Of a DNA stretch of 64,000 bases, positions 21,802 to 32,704 are shown in pieces. The notes under the pieces were generated by a model that did no database searches, was not told where the DNA came from, and saw only the letters and a program-made list of their open reading frames with translations. This DNA comes from an uncultured virus (IMG/VR IMGVR_UViG_2061766007_000995) (lineage: Duplodnaviria > Heunggongvirae > Uroviricota > Caudoviricetes): the IMG/VR virus record IMGVR_UViG_2061766007_000995. The stretch is one strand, 5' to 3'. The position numbers were made by a program, and so were the translations under genes. Within the stretch, counting starts at the first letter, position 1. Every line of letters starts with the position of its first letter.

Positions 21802-22139
21802 ATGTCTGAAGAACTTTCAAAAATGTCCAATGAAGAACTGATTCAGCTTTATCATGAATCCAAGGCCAAGTCTGTAGTATTCAATCTGTCGCAGCAGGCC
21901 AAGAAGATTCTGCTGAACTCCTGCTATGGTGCAATTGGCAACGCCTACTTTCTTCATAATGATGTTCGCATTGCTCGTGCAATCACGCTTGCTGGACAGG
22001 CCATGATAAACAAGTCGGCCAAAGAAACCAATGACTGGTTGAATGGCGTGCTGAAGAACAAAAAGGCTGAAGACTATCGTGTGTATTCAGATACAGACTC
22101 CAACTACTTTGACCTGAATGATGCATTGAACGTCTTTCT
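21802..22139 (+). CDS. 43: N-terminus of the C-terminal subunit of a split PolB (gp43B-like), on an inverted contig
   Basis: Own ATG, SD CAGGAG, in-frame TGA at 21766; KILLNSCYG (motif B) and YSDTDS (motif C); 3' end is the reverse complement of ~18810-18856. Confidence 0.85.
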
Positions 22140-22149
22140 NNNNNNNNNN

Positions 22150-22792
22150 ATCAAGATAGGCTTCCATGTTGTATCGGTCAAGATTAATCTTGTCAACATA
22201 TGGCTTTATGGACTTTTTCAACTGTGGTTCATACATTCCAAGCGTCTTCAAGGCGCTAATCTTGCCATATGGTCTAGCCTTGCCATCTTCTCCCTGAATC
22301 CAGTATATGTGGACAATCTTCTTTTTAGACAGTTCAGAAATGAGAGCATTGTCCCAATCGGAAACTTTTGCTTCGACCATTCCTTCCTCTCTAGCGGAGA
22401 ATCTGATGCCCTGCTTTGTTCTCCATTCGTAGCCAACCAGCTGAGGTCTTTTGGCTTCTGCAAGAGATTGACAGGATGAAGAGGAAAGAATATAGTCNNN
22501 NNNNNNNGGCATTCATTCCAACAATGAAGCAGACATAGCATTTGTCTATTCTAGTAAACACTGCGTTTTCGCTCATTCGACCATTGTCTCTGGAAATGCA
22601 GTGTCTTGCGAATGAATACACTTTTGACGCATTTTGACTTACAGCCGACATTCCTTCAGAAGAGCTGTCTGGAGTGCTGGACTTGGCTCTTTTCGTGTAT
22701 TCGTCAAGATAGGCTTCCATGTTGTACCGGTCAAGATTGATTTTGTCAACATATGGCTTTATGGACTTTTTCAACTGTGGTTCATACATTCC
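22150..22792 (-). CDS. Fragmented hypothetical protein, probably continuing the MKSFK start at 21761
   Basis: Two overlapping contigs read DYILSSSS...GMYEPQLKK...CFIVGMNA; joining them to MKSFK is an inference. Confidence 0.45.
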
Positions 22793-22981
22793 NNNNNNNN
22801 NNTCGACCATTTTCATAGAACTTATGGCTTCTGGAGCATTCAATGTTCGTTCCATCATTGAAGCATATTCTTAGAGAGTCCTTTCTTGTCTTTCGTATAC
22901 CATGAAAAGGCTTCCATCCATTGGAAGTCCATACTTCATATTCTTCTGTAAGCTTTTTTTCTGCTGTTGAGGACATTTTTG

Positions 22982-24160
22982 CTATTGCTCTACGCTCTCC
23001 GACATGTAATGAAGTTCCTTTTTCAATTCTGCAAGAGATGGAAGTTTTTCTGGATCAATGGTTCTAGTATTTTTTGATCTTTCTCCCATAGTAACTCTAA
23101 GCCTAAGATCTCTATATCCCATGGTTAGATTTGCTCTATCCTTATTATTTCCGACAACCAGATATGGACAATGTTCTTTATCTGCAATAATAGATTTTAC
23201 ATCTTTTGGAGTTGCCAGCCAAGTAACTTTGCAAACATAAGTATTGTTGTTTTTCTTTTCTAATGGATTTGCAGTGAAAGTCTGTTGAACAATTATTCCG
23301 TTTTCCGTTAAATCCTTTCCAAAACATATATTTTTTACTAGATTTTCATCTGTAATTTTTACTTGAAATTCCTTGTTTAATGTATAGCAATTTTCTAAGT
23401 ATTCTTTTCTCATCCATTTGTTTTTCTTTTTATTCGTATTCTTTACTTCAGTTTGACCTTTAGTATAAGAAAGTTGTGCCATTAAATCCAGACGTTCGAA
23501 TATATTTTGTGCATACTTTCCAAAAAGCGTATCCGAAGATTCCCATATATCTGCATTGTTTTGCTTAATGCTTATTGGAATTTCCTTATTTCCAGCAATT
23601 AAAGTAACATCACTTTTCTTTCTATTCGCAGTATCACGACCAACGCTTTTACTTCCTGTAATGCCTTTTACCAGCAACGAATGACTATTTTTGCTTTGAA
23701 ACTCTATGTTTATTGGTTGTCCAGCCTCTTTGCAAGCCATCTTAATTGCCTGATTGAAATCGGTTTCATTCTTCACTCCAGCATCTGTTTTTCCTTTTCC
23801 ATCGCTGGATGGTTTTTGACAAATGTTGATGTATTTGCCACAATTTGATGGATCATAATAGCATATAATCTTTTTTAGAACTCCACCTTTCATTCCTTGT
23901 TCAAAGGTCAATGTTACATTTGTACTTGGAACAGTTAATGAATTAGATGTTAATTTCTTATAAATTTCTAAAAGAACTGCAGCCCTTTTGTCATCTTTTC
24001 GATCTTTAGTATAGACATTAATATTGGAATAATTTGGCTTTTCTTTGTCTATTTTAGATTGTGTTGAATAGTTGTAATACCTAAGAATCTTTTTGAGAAA
24101 ATTATGCACTACAACCTTATTGTCTTTTGCTTCAGCAATAAATTCAATAAATGACAGCAT
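22982..24160 (-). CDS. Capsid-targeted PD-(D/E)xK-like nuclease candidate
   Basis: MLSFIEFIAE start; GVKNE...KSDV.L......ISIKQ.NA.IWESSD. Confidence 0.6.
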   Translation of the reverse strand: MLSFIEFIAEAKDNKVVVHNFLKKILRYYNYSTQSKIDKEKPNYSNINVYTKDRKDDKRAAVLLEIYKKLTSNSLTVPSTNVTLTFEQGMKGGVLKKIICYYDPSNCGKYINICQKPSSDGKGKTDAGVKNETDFNQAIKMACKEAGQPINIEFQSKNSHSLLVKGITGSKSVGRDTANRKKSDVTLIAGNKEIPISIKQNNADIWESSDTLFGKYAQNIFERLDLMAQLSYTKGQTEVKNTNKKKNKWMRKEYLENCYTLNKEFQVKITDENLVKNICFGKDLTENGIIVQQTFTANPLEKKNNNTYVCKVTWLATPKDVKSIIADKEHCPYLVVGNNKDRANLTMGYRDLRLRVTMGERSKNTRTIDPEKLPSLAELKKELHYMSESVEQ

Positions 24161-24177
24161 TTTTATCTCCAATTATG

Positions 24178-25380
24178 CTATTCTACGCTTTCAGACATTG
24201 ATCTAACAAGCTCCCTCTTCAGTTTTGAAAGCGGTGGAAGCTTGTCTACATCTATTTCTCTTGCATTCTTGCGTTGATCACCCATCATGACGATGATACG
24301 CAGTCCCCTGTATCCCATTGTGGCATTTGCACGGCCAGCGTTGTTTCTGCACAGAAGATAGACGCAGTGTCTGCTGTTGACTATTTCATCAACCTTCATG
24401 GCCAGAAAAGTCACCGGACAAACAAATGTTCTTGTTTCCCCATCCGTGCTTTTCAACGTCAATGGAGTGTCCGTAAACGTTTTTTGAATGATAAATCCCT
24501 TGCCAAGAATGTCATTTCCAAAGCAGACGTCCTTGATGATCTTTGGATCCGTGATCTTCACCTTGAACTCGGAACCTTTCTCAAGCGTCCAGTTGTATCC
24601 ACTGTCATTTGAAGCCTTGCCTCTTGCTGGCTTCTTTGGATCAATCCACACGTCCCTCTTGTAGTCAATCTGCGCCATTAGATCCAGACGTTCAAATATG
24701 TCTTTTGCATATTTTCCAAAGTAGGTGTCGGAAGATTCCCAGATGGCGGCATTGTCCTGCTTGATGCTTATTGGAGTTTGCTTTCCATTCCTGTCAATCA
24801 GTATGATGTCGGCCTTCTTTCTGTCCTTTGTGTCCGTTCCAACGCCAATGCAGTTCACTACGTCCTTGATGAGAACTGCGCTGGTATGCACTTCATTAGC
24901 CTTGAATTCAATGTTGATAGGCTCTCCAGTCAAGTCTGCATCATCCTTTGCGCCTGTCAACTGCTTTATGGCGTCAACGATTCGTAGCTCATTTTCAACG
25001 CCTGGATTGACCTTGACTATTGTCCCACCTTTTCCTTTCTTGGCATGCTTTGCAACAAGCCTAATGCTGTCATCATTGAACATGCAGTCCACCTGACCAG
25101 CAGAACTGTTCTTTGTAGTCTGACTGTATTCAGCAGCAATAGCGAATGCATCCGATGGATTGGCCGAATCTGCTGAATTGATTTTCAAAGTCAAATCTCT
25201 CAAAAACTGACCTCTTTTGGGTTCTGTAGTGAATACAATAATTTCATTGGAATTGGAATCCTTAGTTTCATATCCAAAAGAATTGATCATGTCCTTAAGA
25301 TGGGCATAGACCATTTTCTTGAAATCTTTTTTGGATGGAGCATCGCTTCTTTCGTTGATAAACTGCTGGAATGATTTCAT
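24178..25380 (-). CDS. Capsid-targeted PD-(D/E)xK-like nuclease candidate (paralog)
   Basis: MKSFQQFINE start; GVENE...KADIIL......ISIKQDNAAIWESSD; GTAAATA at 25432-25438. Confidence 0.6.
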   Translation of the reverse strand: MKSFQQFINERSDAPSKKDFKKMVYAHLKDMINSFGYETKDSNSNEIIVFTTEPKRGQFLRDLTLKINSADSANPSDAFAIAAEYSQTTKNSSAGQVDCMFNDDSIRLVAKHAKKGKGGTIVKVNPGVENELRIVDAIKQLTGAKDDADLTGEPINIEFKANEVHTSAVLIKDVVNCIGVGTDTKDRKKADIILIDRNGKQTPISIKQDNAAIWESSDTYFGKYAKDIFERLDLMAQIDYKRDVWIDPKKPARGKASNDSGYNWTLEKGSEFKVKITDPKIIKDVCFGNDILGKGFIIQKTFTDTPLTLKSTDGETRTFVCPVTFLAMKVDEIVNSRHCVYLLCRNNAGRANATMGYRGLRIIVMMGDQRKNAREIDVDKLPPLSKLKRELVRSMSESVE

Positions 25381-25434
25381 GTAGTATTCTCTCCCATATA
25401 AAGAAAAACTGAAGGAATTCCTTCAGTTTAATAT

Positions 25435-25737
25435 TTACATTGCATACAGTCGGCTAATGACAGTTTCCATTCTCTGTCTGGCCACTGGATTGGCCGAATG
25501 CACAACCACTTTCTCTGGCAGGATGAAATCTGGATTGAAGTGCTTTGTTTCCTCCAGCCAGTCCAGGACCTTGCGTCCCTCTGGAACATCTGCGCCCAGA
25601 TCATTGTCTAGAGACACGACTTCCACGATCTCTCCGCTTTCCTGACACTTCATGAGCAGACCTATTGTCTCATCAACCTGATGTGTCCTGGCCCATCCTG
25701 AAGGCTCCTGACGGCAGTCATCCAGAAAAATCTTCAC
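25435..25737 (-). CDS. Stand-alone receiver-like protein (cyclic-phosphate-processing receiver type)
   Basis: IFLDD.R..P.GW, SLDNDLG, VHSANPVAR; GTGA overlap with the MTase stop. Confidence 0.75.
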   Translation of the reverse strand: MKIFLDDCRQEPSGWARTHQVDETIGLLMKCQESGEIVEVVSLDNDLGADVPEGRKVLDWLEETKHFNPDFILPEKVVVHSANPVARQRMETVISRLYAM

Positions 25738-26750
25738 TCAAAATCTCTTATAGTCAATGGCTTTTCCAGTTCATAGCTGGAATAGAGGCTCTCCTGAACG
25801 TACCGCTTCTCCTTTGCATCTCCGTGATTTGCATTGAATGATGTTGAAAGACACTTCTCAGAAAGAAAATGGCTTTTGTAGAGATGCTTCGGAAGTTCTG
25901 CAACAGTGCTTCCATTGGCCTTTCCATCATAGGACATAAGCCACCTGCATGGCAGTCGTTCAACATAGGCATAGTATGCGGCATTGTCAAATCCACCAAG
26001 ATACATGCTGTCCTTTGTCATGGCATATGGAGGATCCATATAGATGAAGTCATCAACTTCGACTGGAACATCTTCATATGACTTGTTCAGAAACTCCACA
26101 TTCTGTACCAGACTAGAGCATTGAAAAATCAGCTTGGACAGTTCATCTGGATGCATTCCAGGACGCGAGAAATGGCATGGAGAGTTGTATTCTCCCTTCG
26201 ANNNNNNNNNNGCTTCAACTGGAACCTTATCATATGACTTGTTCAGAAACTCCACATTCTGCACCAGGCTGGAGCATTGAAGAATCAGCTTGGACAGTTC
26301 ATCTGGGTGCATTCCAGGACGCGAGAAATGGCATGGAGAGTTGTATTCTCCCTTCGAGTTGAACCTCACCAGTCCATTGTTGCTGGTGCGGGTGAGAAAC
26401 AGAAAGTGTGAGGCTCTGGACTGATCTTCATTAAAGGCTTTTCTCGCTTCGTTGAAATACTGCTTTCTGTAGTCTATGTCTCTTGAATTGAACTCCAGCC
26501 ACATCTCTTTGTAGTCTTTTGCCAATTCTGTTGAATGGTCTCGACATGTCTGCCAGAGATTGATCAACGGAAAGCAGAGATCATTAGCCACACAAGGAGC
26601 GTTTGGATGCTTCTGAAGATAGGTCAAAAGCACAATGCCAGAGCCGAGGAACATCTCAACATAGCGGCCAGAGATGTTCCTCGGCATTAACGAAACTATC
26701 CAGTCGGCCTGATACCGCTTGGATCCTGTCCATTTAAGAAATGATAGCAT
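25734..26750 (-). CDS. dam: Dam-family (D12 class) N6-adenine DNA methyltransferase
   Basis: FLKWTGSK, YVEMFLGSG, NGLVRFNSKGEYNSP, IYMDPPY; assembly duplications at 26202 and 26806; specificity not determinable. Confidence 0.85.
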   Translation of the reverse strand: MLSFLKWTGSKRYQADWIVSLMPRNISGRYVEMFLGSGIVLLTYLQKHPNAPCVANDLCFPLINLWQTCRDHSTELAKDYKEMWLEFNSRDIDYRKQYFNEARKAFNEDQSRASHFLFLTRTSNNGLVRFNSKGEYNSPCHFSRPGMHPDELSKLILQCSSLVQNVEFLNKSYDKVPVEXXXXSKGEYNSPCHFSRPGMHPDELSKLIFQCSSLVQNVEFLNKSYEDVPVEVDDFIYMDPPYAMTKDSMYLGGFDNAAYYAYVERLPCRWLMSYDGKANGSTVAELPKHLYKSHFLSEKCLSTSFNANHGDAKEKRYVQESLYSSYELEKPLTIRDFE

Positions 26751-26939
26751 TAATCTTCTTTGCTGTCTAGACGCGAAACATAAGGGTACCACCAGCTTCG
26801 ACGAANNNNNNNNNNACCGAGGAACATCTCGACATATCGGCCAGAGATGCTCCTCGGCATTAACGAAACTATCCAGTCGGCCTGATACCGCTTGGATCCT
26901 GTCCATTTAAGAAATGATAGCATTAATTTTCTTTGCTGT

Positions 26940-27186
26940 CTAGACGCGAAACATAAGGGTACCACCAGCTTCAATGAATGCACCGCGCTCAAAGTCTTGA
27001 AGCACATAGGCCGCAGACTTTTCAACCTCAATTTCACCACTGTAGTCTGTACTAACGAAATTGAGGTCAACCAGAACCTGAAGGTCTTCAGCTATGCGGT
27101 CCCAGTCTTTAATGGTCAACGGCCTGTCCCCTAAAGAAAGACTGTTGAGCAGACAAATCTGACTTGGAGCAAGATTGACAGTCATT
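26940..27186 (-). CDS. Hypothetical protein
   Basis: SD GGAGG, in operon upstream of the MTase. Confidence 0.5.
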
Positions 27187-27196
27187 CCGCCTCCTT

Positions 27197-27526
27197 CTAG
27201 TACCATTCAAGGTAGTACATGACCTGAAGACGCTTGGAATTGGGATCTCCACACTTGTTCATCGGACGGAGAATCTTCTGGAGAGAATTGAGAGCATTCG
27301 CAACAATGAAGTCCTCCAGCATGGGAGCCTCTTCCTTGTGGAAGCCGTAGATGTTCTTGCGGCCATACCACTTGCGTTCTCCATTTTCTCCATGATGGCA
27401 CTCAAGAATGCCATACAGGGCTCTGGCGATGAACACGGGATCAAGTTCAAATTGCTCTTCGGCCTGTCCGAGAATGGGACGCTTGCTGGAAGCCACGTTC
27501 ACTGCGGTCATCTTGATGGTAGTCAT
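27197..27526 (-). CDS. Hypothetical early protein
   Basis: SD AAGGAG, downstream of the promoter at 27590-27618. Confidence 0.6.
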   Translation of the reverse strand: MTTIKMTAVNVASSKRPILGQAEEQFELDPVFIARALYGILECHHGENGERKWYGRKNIYGFHKEEAPMLEDFIVANALNSLQKILRPMNKCGDPNSKRLQVMYYLEWY

Positions 27527-27589
27527 GACTGTTTTCTCCTTGATTGTTTAGAGGAGAACCTCATGGCCCTCTTCCCTCTTGACAGATAC

Positions 27590-27618
27590 AGTCTAGCCAA
27601 AAGCCGACCGTCTGTCAA
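27590..27618 (-). promoter_or_regulatory. Sigma70-type early promoter
   Basis: TTGACA-N17-TAGACT. Confidence 0.8.
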
Positions 27619-27868
27619 GAGAAAAGATCAGATTTTTTTCGCATGCAAGAATCGTGCTAGACCGACTTCTTCCTGTGCTCCCTCCAGACAGCCAGCAGGT
27701 CCTCCTTGAGGGGAACCTTGCCTCGGCACTGCTCATTCTGAAGGCGTCCCTCTGGACAGTAGCCCAGCACATGGCATGAAGCTCCAGCACCCTCCATGAG
27801 GTCAGGATAGGCTTCCTTGGCCAGTCGGCANNNNNNNNNNTAGATTTTTTTCGCATGCAAGAATCGTG

Positions 27869-28863
27869 CTAGGTTGACTTCTTCCTGTGCTCCCTCCAGA
27901 CAGCCAGCAGGTCCTCCTTGAGGGGAACCTTGCCTCGACACTGCTCATTCTGAAGACGTCCCTCTGGGCAGTAGCCCAGCACATGACACGACGCTCCAGC
28001 ACCCTCCATGAGGTCAGGATAGGCTTCCTTGGCCAGTCGGCACATCTTTGTGGCCAAATCTCTTATCTCGGCCTGTGCGTTTCGGCACATGCGTATCTTC
28101 AGCCAGTCCCTTAAGGCATGAACGTTCATTCCTATGATGGCCTTGAATTCCGTAGCCTGTGGCTTGAAATATCGCAGATCCTCCTCAGGAAGTCCAGCTT
28201 CAAGACCATTCTCATACCATTGTTCTGATAGGCCAGCCAAATCGCGTCCAGACAGGGCCACTTTTTCTCCCTTCACGTCTACAGTGAACTTNNNNNNNNN
28301 NTGGAAGTCCAGCTTCAAGACCACTCTCATACCATTGTTCTGATAGGCCAGCCAAGTCGCGTCCAGACAGGGCCACTTTTTCTCCCTTCACGTCTACAGT
28401 GAACTTNNNNNNNNNNAGGAAGTCCAGCTTCAAGACCACTCTCATACCATTGCTCTGATAGGCCAGCCAAGTCGCGTCCAGACAGGGCCATTTTTTCTCC
28501 CTTCACGTCTACAGTGAACTTTCTGTCCAGTACATTGTCTGGAGCAACAATTGAAAAAGTCCTCTTCCCATGCAGTTCAGCTCGTCCAGACTTTATGAGA
28601 TAGGATGCAAGACGCTTGCGTACAAGCTGCACTTCGCATACTCTGGAATAGCCTTCAACTCCAAAAAGAAGAAGATCAAATTCAGTTGCCGCATAGTGTC
28701 CAGACTCCAGAATGTTTCTAACAATCTTTGGATCATAGTCGGACTGTATGATCTCCTCCACAGGCCTCTCAGAACGGACAAATCTCGCGGCAATGTCTGT
28801 CCAGACTTTGCCTCCCTTGTTGAGCAGATAAACCTTTCCTTCTCCAACCTGGCCCACTTTCAT
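27869..28863 (-). CDS. thyX: FAD-dependent thymidylate synthase, fragmented by assembly duplications
   Basis: GHYAATEF, SRVCEVQLVRKRLASYLIKSGR, EDLRYFKPQAT, MNVHAL.DWLKIR.CRNAQAEIR. Confidence 0.85.
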
Positions 28864-29047
28864 ATGCACTCCTGTTTCCTTCTACACATGCAGAGTTTCA
28901 ACCTTNNNNNNNNNNAATCTCCTCCACAGGCCTCTCAGAACGGACAAATCTTGCGGCAATGTCTGTCCAGACCTTGCCTCCCTTATTAAGCAGATAAACC
29001 TTTCCTTCTCCAACCTGGCTTACTTTCATATGCACTCCTGTTTCCTT

Positions 29048-31080
29048 CTACGCATGCAGAGTTTCAATCTTGAGATATGGATTTCTTCTTTCTTCAAGCA
29101 TGAATGTTCTTTCTGTCCTTGTTCCTTCCTTAATCAGCACTACAGTTCCAGCATTCTTCAAGAACGTTGCGTTTGATGGAACAAAATAGGAAGCATCTTC
29201 AACATAGGATGAAGCGATATACAGTTTCATGCTGTCAAAGGCATTGATGCATCCATCAAAGCATTTCTTGAACGTAATGGCATTTTCGCACCACGCNNNN
29301 NNNNNNNNNNNNNNNNNNNNNNNNNNNNNNNNNNNNNNNNNNNNNNNNNNNNNNNNNNNNNNNNNNNNNNNNNNNNNNNNNNNNNNNNNNNNNNNNNNNN
29401 NNNNNNNNNNNTGGCATTTGGACATTTAGAGAAGAGTCCTTTTGGAAGACTCTTTATTTCTTTGCAGTCCTTGAACACGGCGTCAAAGTTTTCAGCCGCA
29501 TGCGTATTTNNNNNNNNNNGGAAGCAATGTACAGTTTCATGCTGTCAAAGGCATTAATGCATCCATCAAAGCATTTCTTGAACGTAATGGCATTTTCGCA
29601 CCACGCAAACAGAGTAACTGGCACTACAAAAAGATTAATGCATCCTTGAAATGCAGATTCAAATTCTTCTGCTTCCTTGCATCCCTTAAACATGTCTGCC
29701 GCAATTTCATCAAGAGAAATGCAGTTCATAAATGACGCATTGAAGTATGNNNNNNNNNNCTTTTCGCATCCTTCAAAGCATTCGCCGAAATCTGTGGCCT
29801 TGCCTGCAGACAGAAACACAACACCACTCAACGACAGCAGAGAAGAGCAGTTTTTAAAGCATCCAAAGAAGTTTTCGGCATTGTCACACTCTACAAATGG
29901 AGCTTCAACGGTTTCAAGTTGAGTGCAGTTGGCAAAGCAGTAGGAAAAATCCTTTCCATTNNNNNNNNNNTTTTTCACATCCTTCAAAGCATTCGCCAAA
30001 ATCTGTGGCCTTGCCTGCAGACAGAAACACAACACCACTCAATGCCAGCAGAGAAGAGCAGTTTTTAAAGCATCCAAAGAAATTTTCGGCATTGCTGCAG
30101 TCTACAAATGGAGCTTCGACCGTTTCAAGTTGAGTGCAGTTGGCAAAGCAGTAGGAAAAATCCTTTCCATTTGTTCCAGAAAAGATTCTTGATGGAGCGA
30201 CTTCAATTTCATGGCAGCCATTGAAGCAGAAGCTGAAGTTTTCAGCTTCTGGAGAATCTCCAAAGAGTCTTACATTGGGAATTTCTTTTATTCTGGTTCT
30301 ACTAAAGCAGGACTTATAGGACTTGGCCGCTTTGCATCCCTTGAACAGTCCTTCAGGAATGTAGTTCAGATTGGAACCTCTAAACAGTCCAGTAAAGTTT
30401 TCTGCTGATGTGCAGTCGCCAAACATTTCTTCATATAGAGGAAATTGAACTTTGAACTCCACTTCTTCAAAGCATGATGCAAAAGACTTTGCAGAGCTTT
30501 GCTTAGAAAAGAGAGAATATTGAATAGCACACTTGATAATGCATCCTTGAAATGCTCCTTTAAAGGACGAAGCCTCAATGTTTGAGAAGAAGTTGTGTGG
30601 AATTTCTTCTATCTTTCCGAAGAAGCACATGGAATGCTCAAGCGAGTTGGGAGCTTCGGTTGTTTCAAAGTCGCGTACAATAAAATTGTCATCTGCATCG
30701 AGTGGAAGTTCTGTCCAGTCATACACCAGCATTCCAGCCACTTTAGGAAGTGGAGTTAAAAATCTCCATGTGCAGTGTCTAGCCTTGCTGACGGCATTCT
30801 GTGGAGCAAGTCGGCTTAAAATTTCTACAGATGAATCAATCGCGACCATCCATACTTTCGACCAGTCATCACACCTAATCACAATCCTGTGCCAGGTTTT
30901 TGATTCTGGATATCTATGCTCTGCAAGAAACAGTCTTCCTTTTGAAAGAGTTTCTGTTTCTCTACCCCAGTCCACTTCAAGACCTTCCTCCTCAAGGCAT
31001 CGGAATGGAAGGGCGACAAAGCCATTTTCATCACACAGAACGTCTATGGCAAATTCATTGCTGGCAAACTCTTCAGACAT
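29048..31080 (-). CDS. PKD-like + BspA-type LRR protein, early-promoter driven
   Basis: VDWG...HRY, many F..CF.GC LRRs; SD AGGAGG; gapped. Confidence 0.75.
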
Positions 31081-31113
31081 AAAAAGGTCCTCCTATGCTG
31101 GCATTTCAGAAAG

Positions 31114-31142
31114 AGCATACCAACATTTAGAGAACCTGTCAA
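31114..31142 (-). promoter_or_regulatory. Sigma70-type early promoter
   Basis: TTGACA-N17-TATGCT. Confidence 0.8.
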
Positions 31143-31157
31143 GAGGATTTATCTCCG

Positions 31158-32704
31158 CTAGTCGTGTCTGACTATTCCAAACACGGCTTGCAACCAGGCT
31201 ACGAAAGTGGACAAAAAGAATATTTTTCTTTTAACTCTGACTCCAAGTTCATTGGCTCTATGATCTATTAATTCTGCGGTATACGAAAATCTGGGAACAA
31301 CGATTTCAATATCTGCATCTTCTGCTTTCTGCACAAAAAGACTGAAAGTGTCTACTATTCGAGAAGCGATTTTTATGGAAGTCTCCTTCAAACGCTTGCA
31401 TCCGTAAAAGCAGTGACTAAATCTTCTAGCGTATATGCAGCCAGAAAAAATATTTGATGCAACTTTATTCAAATTAATGCATCCATAGAAACATCCAGAA
31501 AAATCTACAGCATAATGCGAATCATCAAATAATCCTTCTGGTACTTCCTTTATATTGCTGCACCAGCCAAATGCGTATGAAAAGGTGACAACAGACTTCT
31601 TTCCAAGAAAAAGCTTTGGTGGTATGGATTCAATTGCACATTTGGCAAATGTTGATCTAAAATACATTGCATTTTGACAGTTCCAGAAAAGCTTTTCTGG
31701 AATTTTTGTCAAGCTTAGACAGTTTTCAAACGTACAGGAAAATCCAAGCGACATAAGACAGTTGGAAAAAAGCTTTTCTGGTATGCTTTCAAGTGAAATG
31801 CAGTTTTGAAACGTTTCGCTGAAATTTTCAACCGAATGACCACTATGAAATAAATCTTCTGGAATTCGTTTCAACTTGAGACAGTCCTTGAACGTTCCCT
31901 TGTATCCCTGCACCTTATGCGAATGTTCAAACAGTCTAGGTGGTATTTCCTGTATTTCATAGCATCCATAGAAACAAAAGCTGTATGAAAGCACATCAAC
32001 GCATCCCTTGAATATGTCTTCTGGAATGCTTTTCAAGTTTCTGCATCCATAGAAGCAGTACGAAAAGCTGATGGACTGATAGTTGTTAATAAAAAGTCTT
32101 TGACAGATGCTTTCAAGAGCCGTACAGTGAATAAAAAGATACGAAAAATTGTCAATCAATCTTATTCCATTACAAAAACGCGATGGATCAACAGTTGTAA
32201 ACTGAAGCGTTCCCTTCAACTGTGGAAGCGGAGCTGGAATGGAAACTAGCGTCTGCTTGAAAAGACGGAGACATTCGGTCTTTTTGTTGAAAAGAGAAGG
32301 AATGCATTCAAAGACAATATCCTGACAGTCAAGAGTTGAAATGTAGACATCGGACCACTTGTATGGAGATTCAAGATAGATTGAAATGTGATAGCGTCCA
32401 GGCTCTTCATATTCATGTACGGAAGCAAGAGCATTAGTTGTTGTATAGTCTTCTGGCTTTAGTATGGAATGNNNNNNNNNNATGATAACGTCCAGGCTCT
32501 TCGTATTCATGTACAGAAGCAAGAGCATTAGTTGTTGTATAGTCTTCTGGCTTTAGTATGGAATGCGTTCCATCTCCCCAAAGGACGATAAGCGTTGCAT
32601 TCTGCTCATGAAGATGAAATGGAATTCCAGTCTTTCTGTCGCTGTCTCTAGCAAGTCTTGTATCCACTTCAAATTCCAGCATTTCTCTGTTGACCATGGT
32701 TTTC
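31158..32704 (-). CDS. PKD-like + BspA-type LRR protein with hydrophobic C-terminal tail
   Basis: KTGIPF.L..Q.A.LIV.WGDGT...ASVHEY.EPG.Y, close to gene 582; about 10 LRRs; ends IFFLSTFVAWLQAVFGIV. Confidence 0.8.

Noticed and set aside
21747..22139. Biological inversion (invertible segment) of the polymerase piece
   Set aside because: It is bounded by N joins and overlaps the 18810-18856 contig end. No invertase or inverted-repeat ends are seen, so mis-scaffolding is the simpler explanation.
22977..23035. In-frame CRIEKGTSLHV upstream of the C-intein resembles intein block A
   Set aside because: No start codon or extein precedes it (a TGA lies just upstream), the spacing is off by one, and the other frame encodes the C-terminus conserved between the two nuclease-like paralogs.
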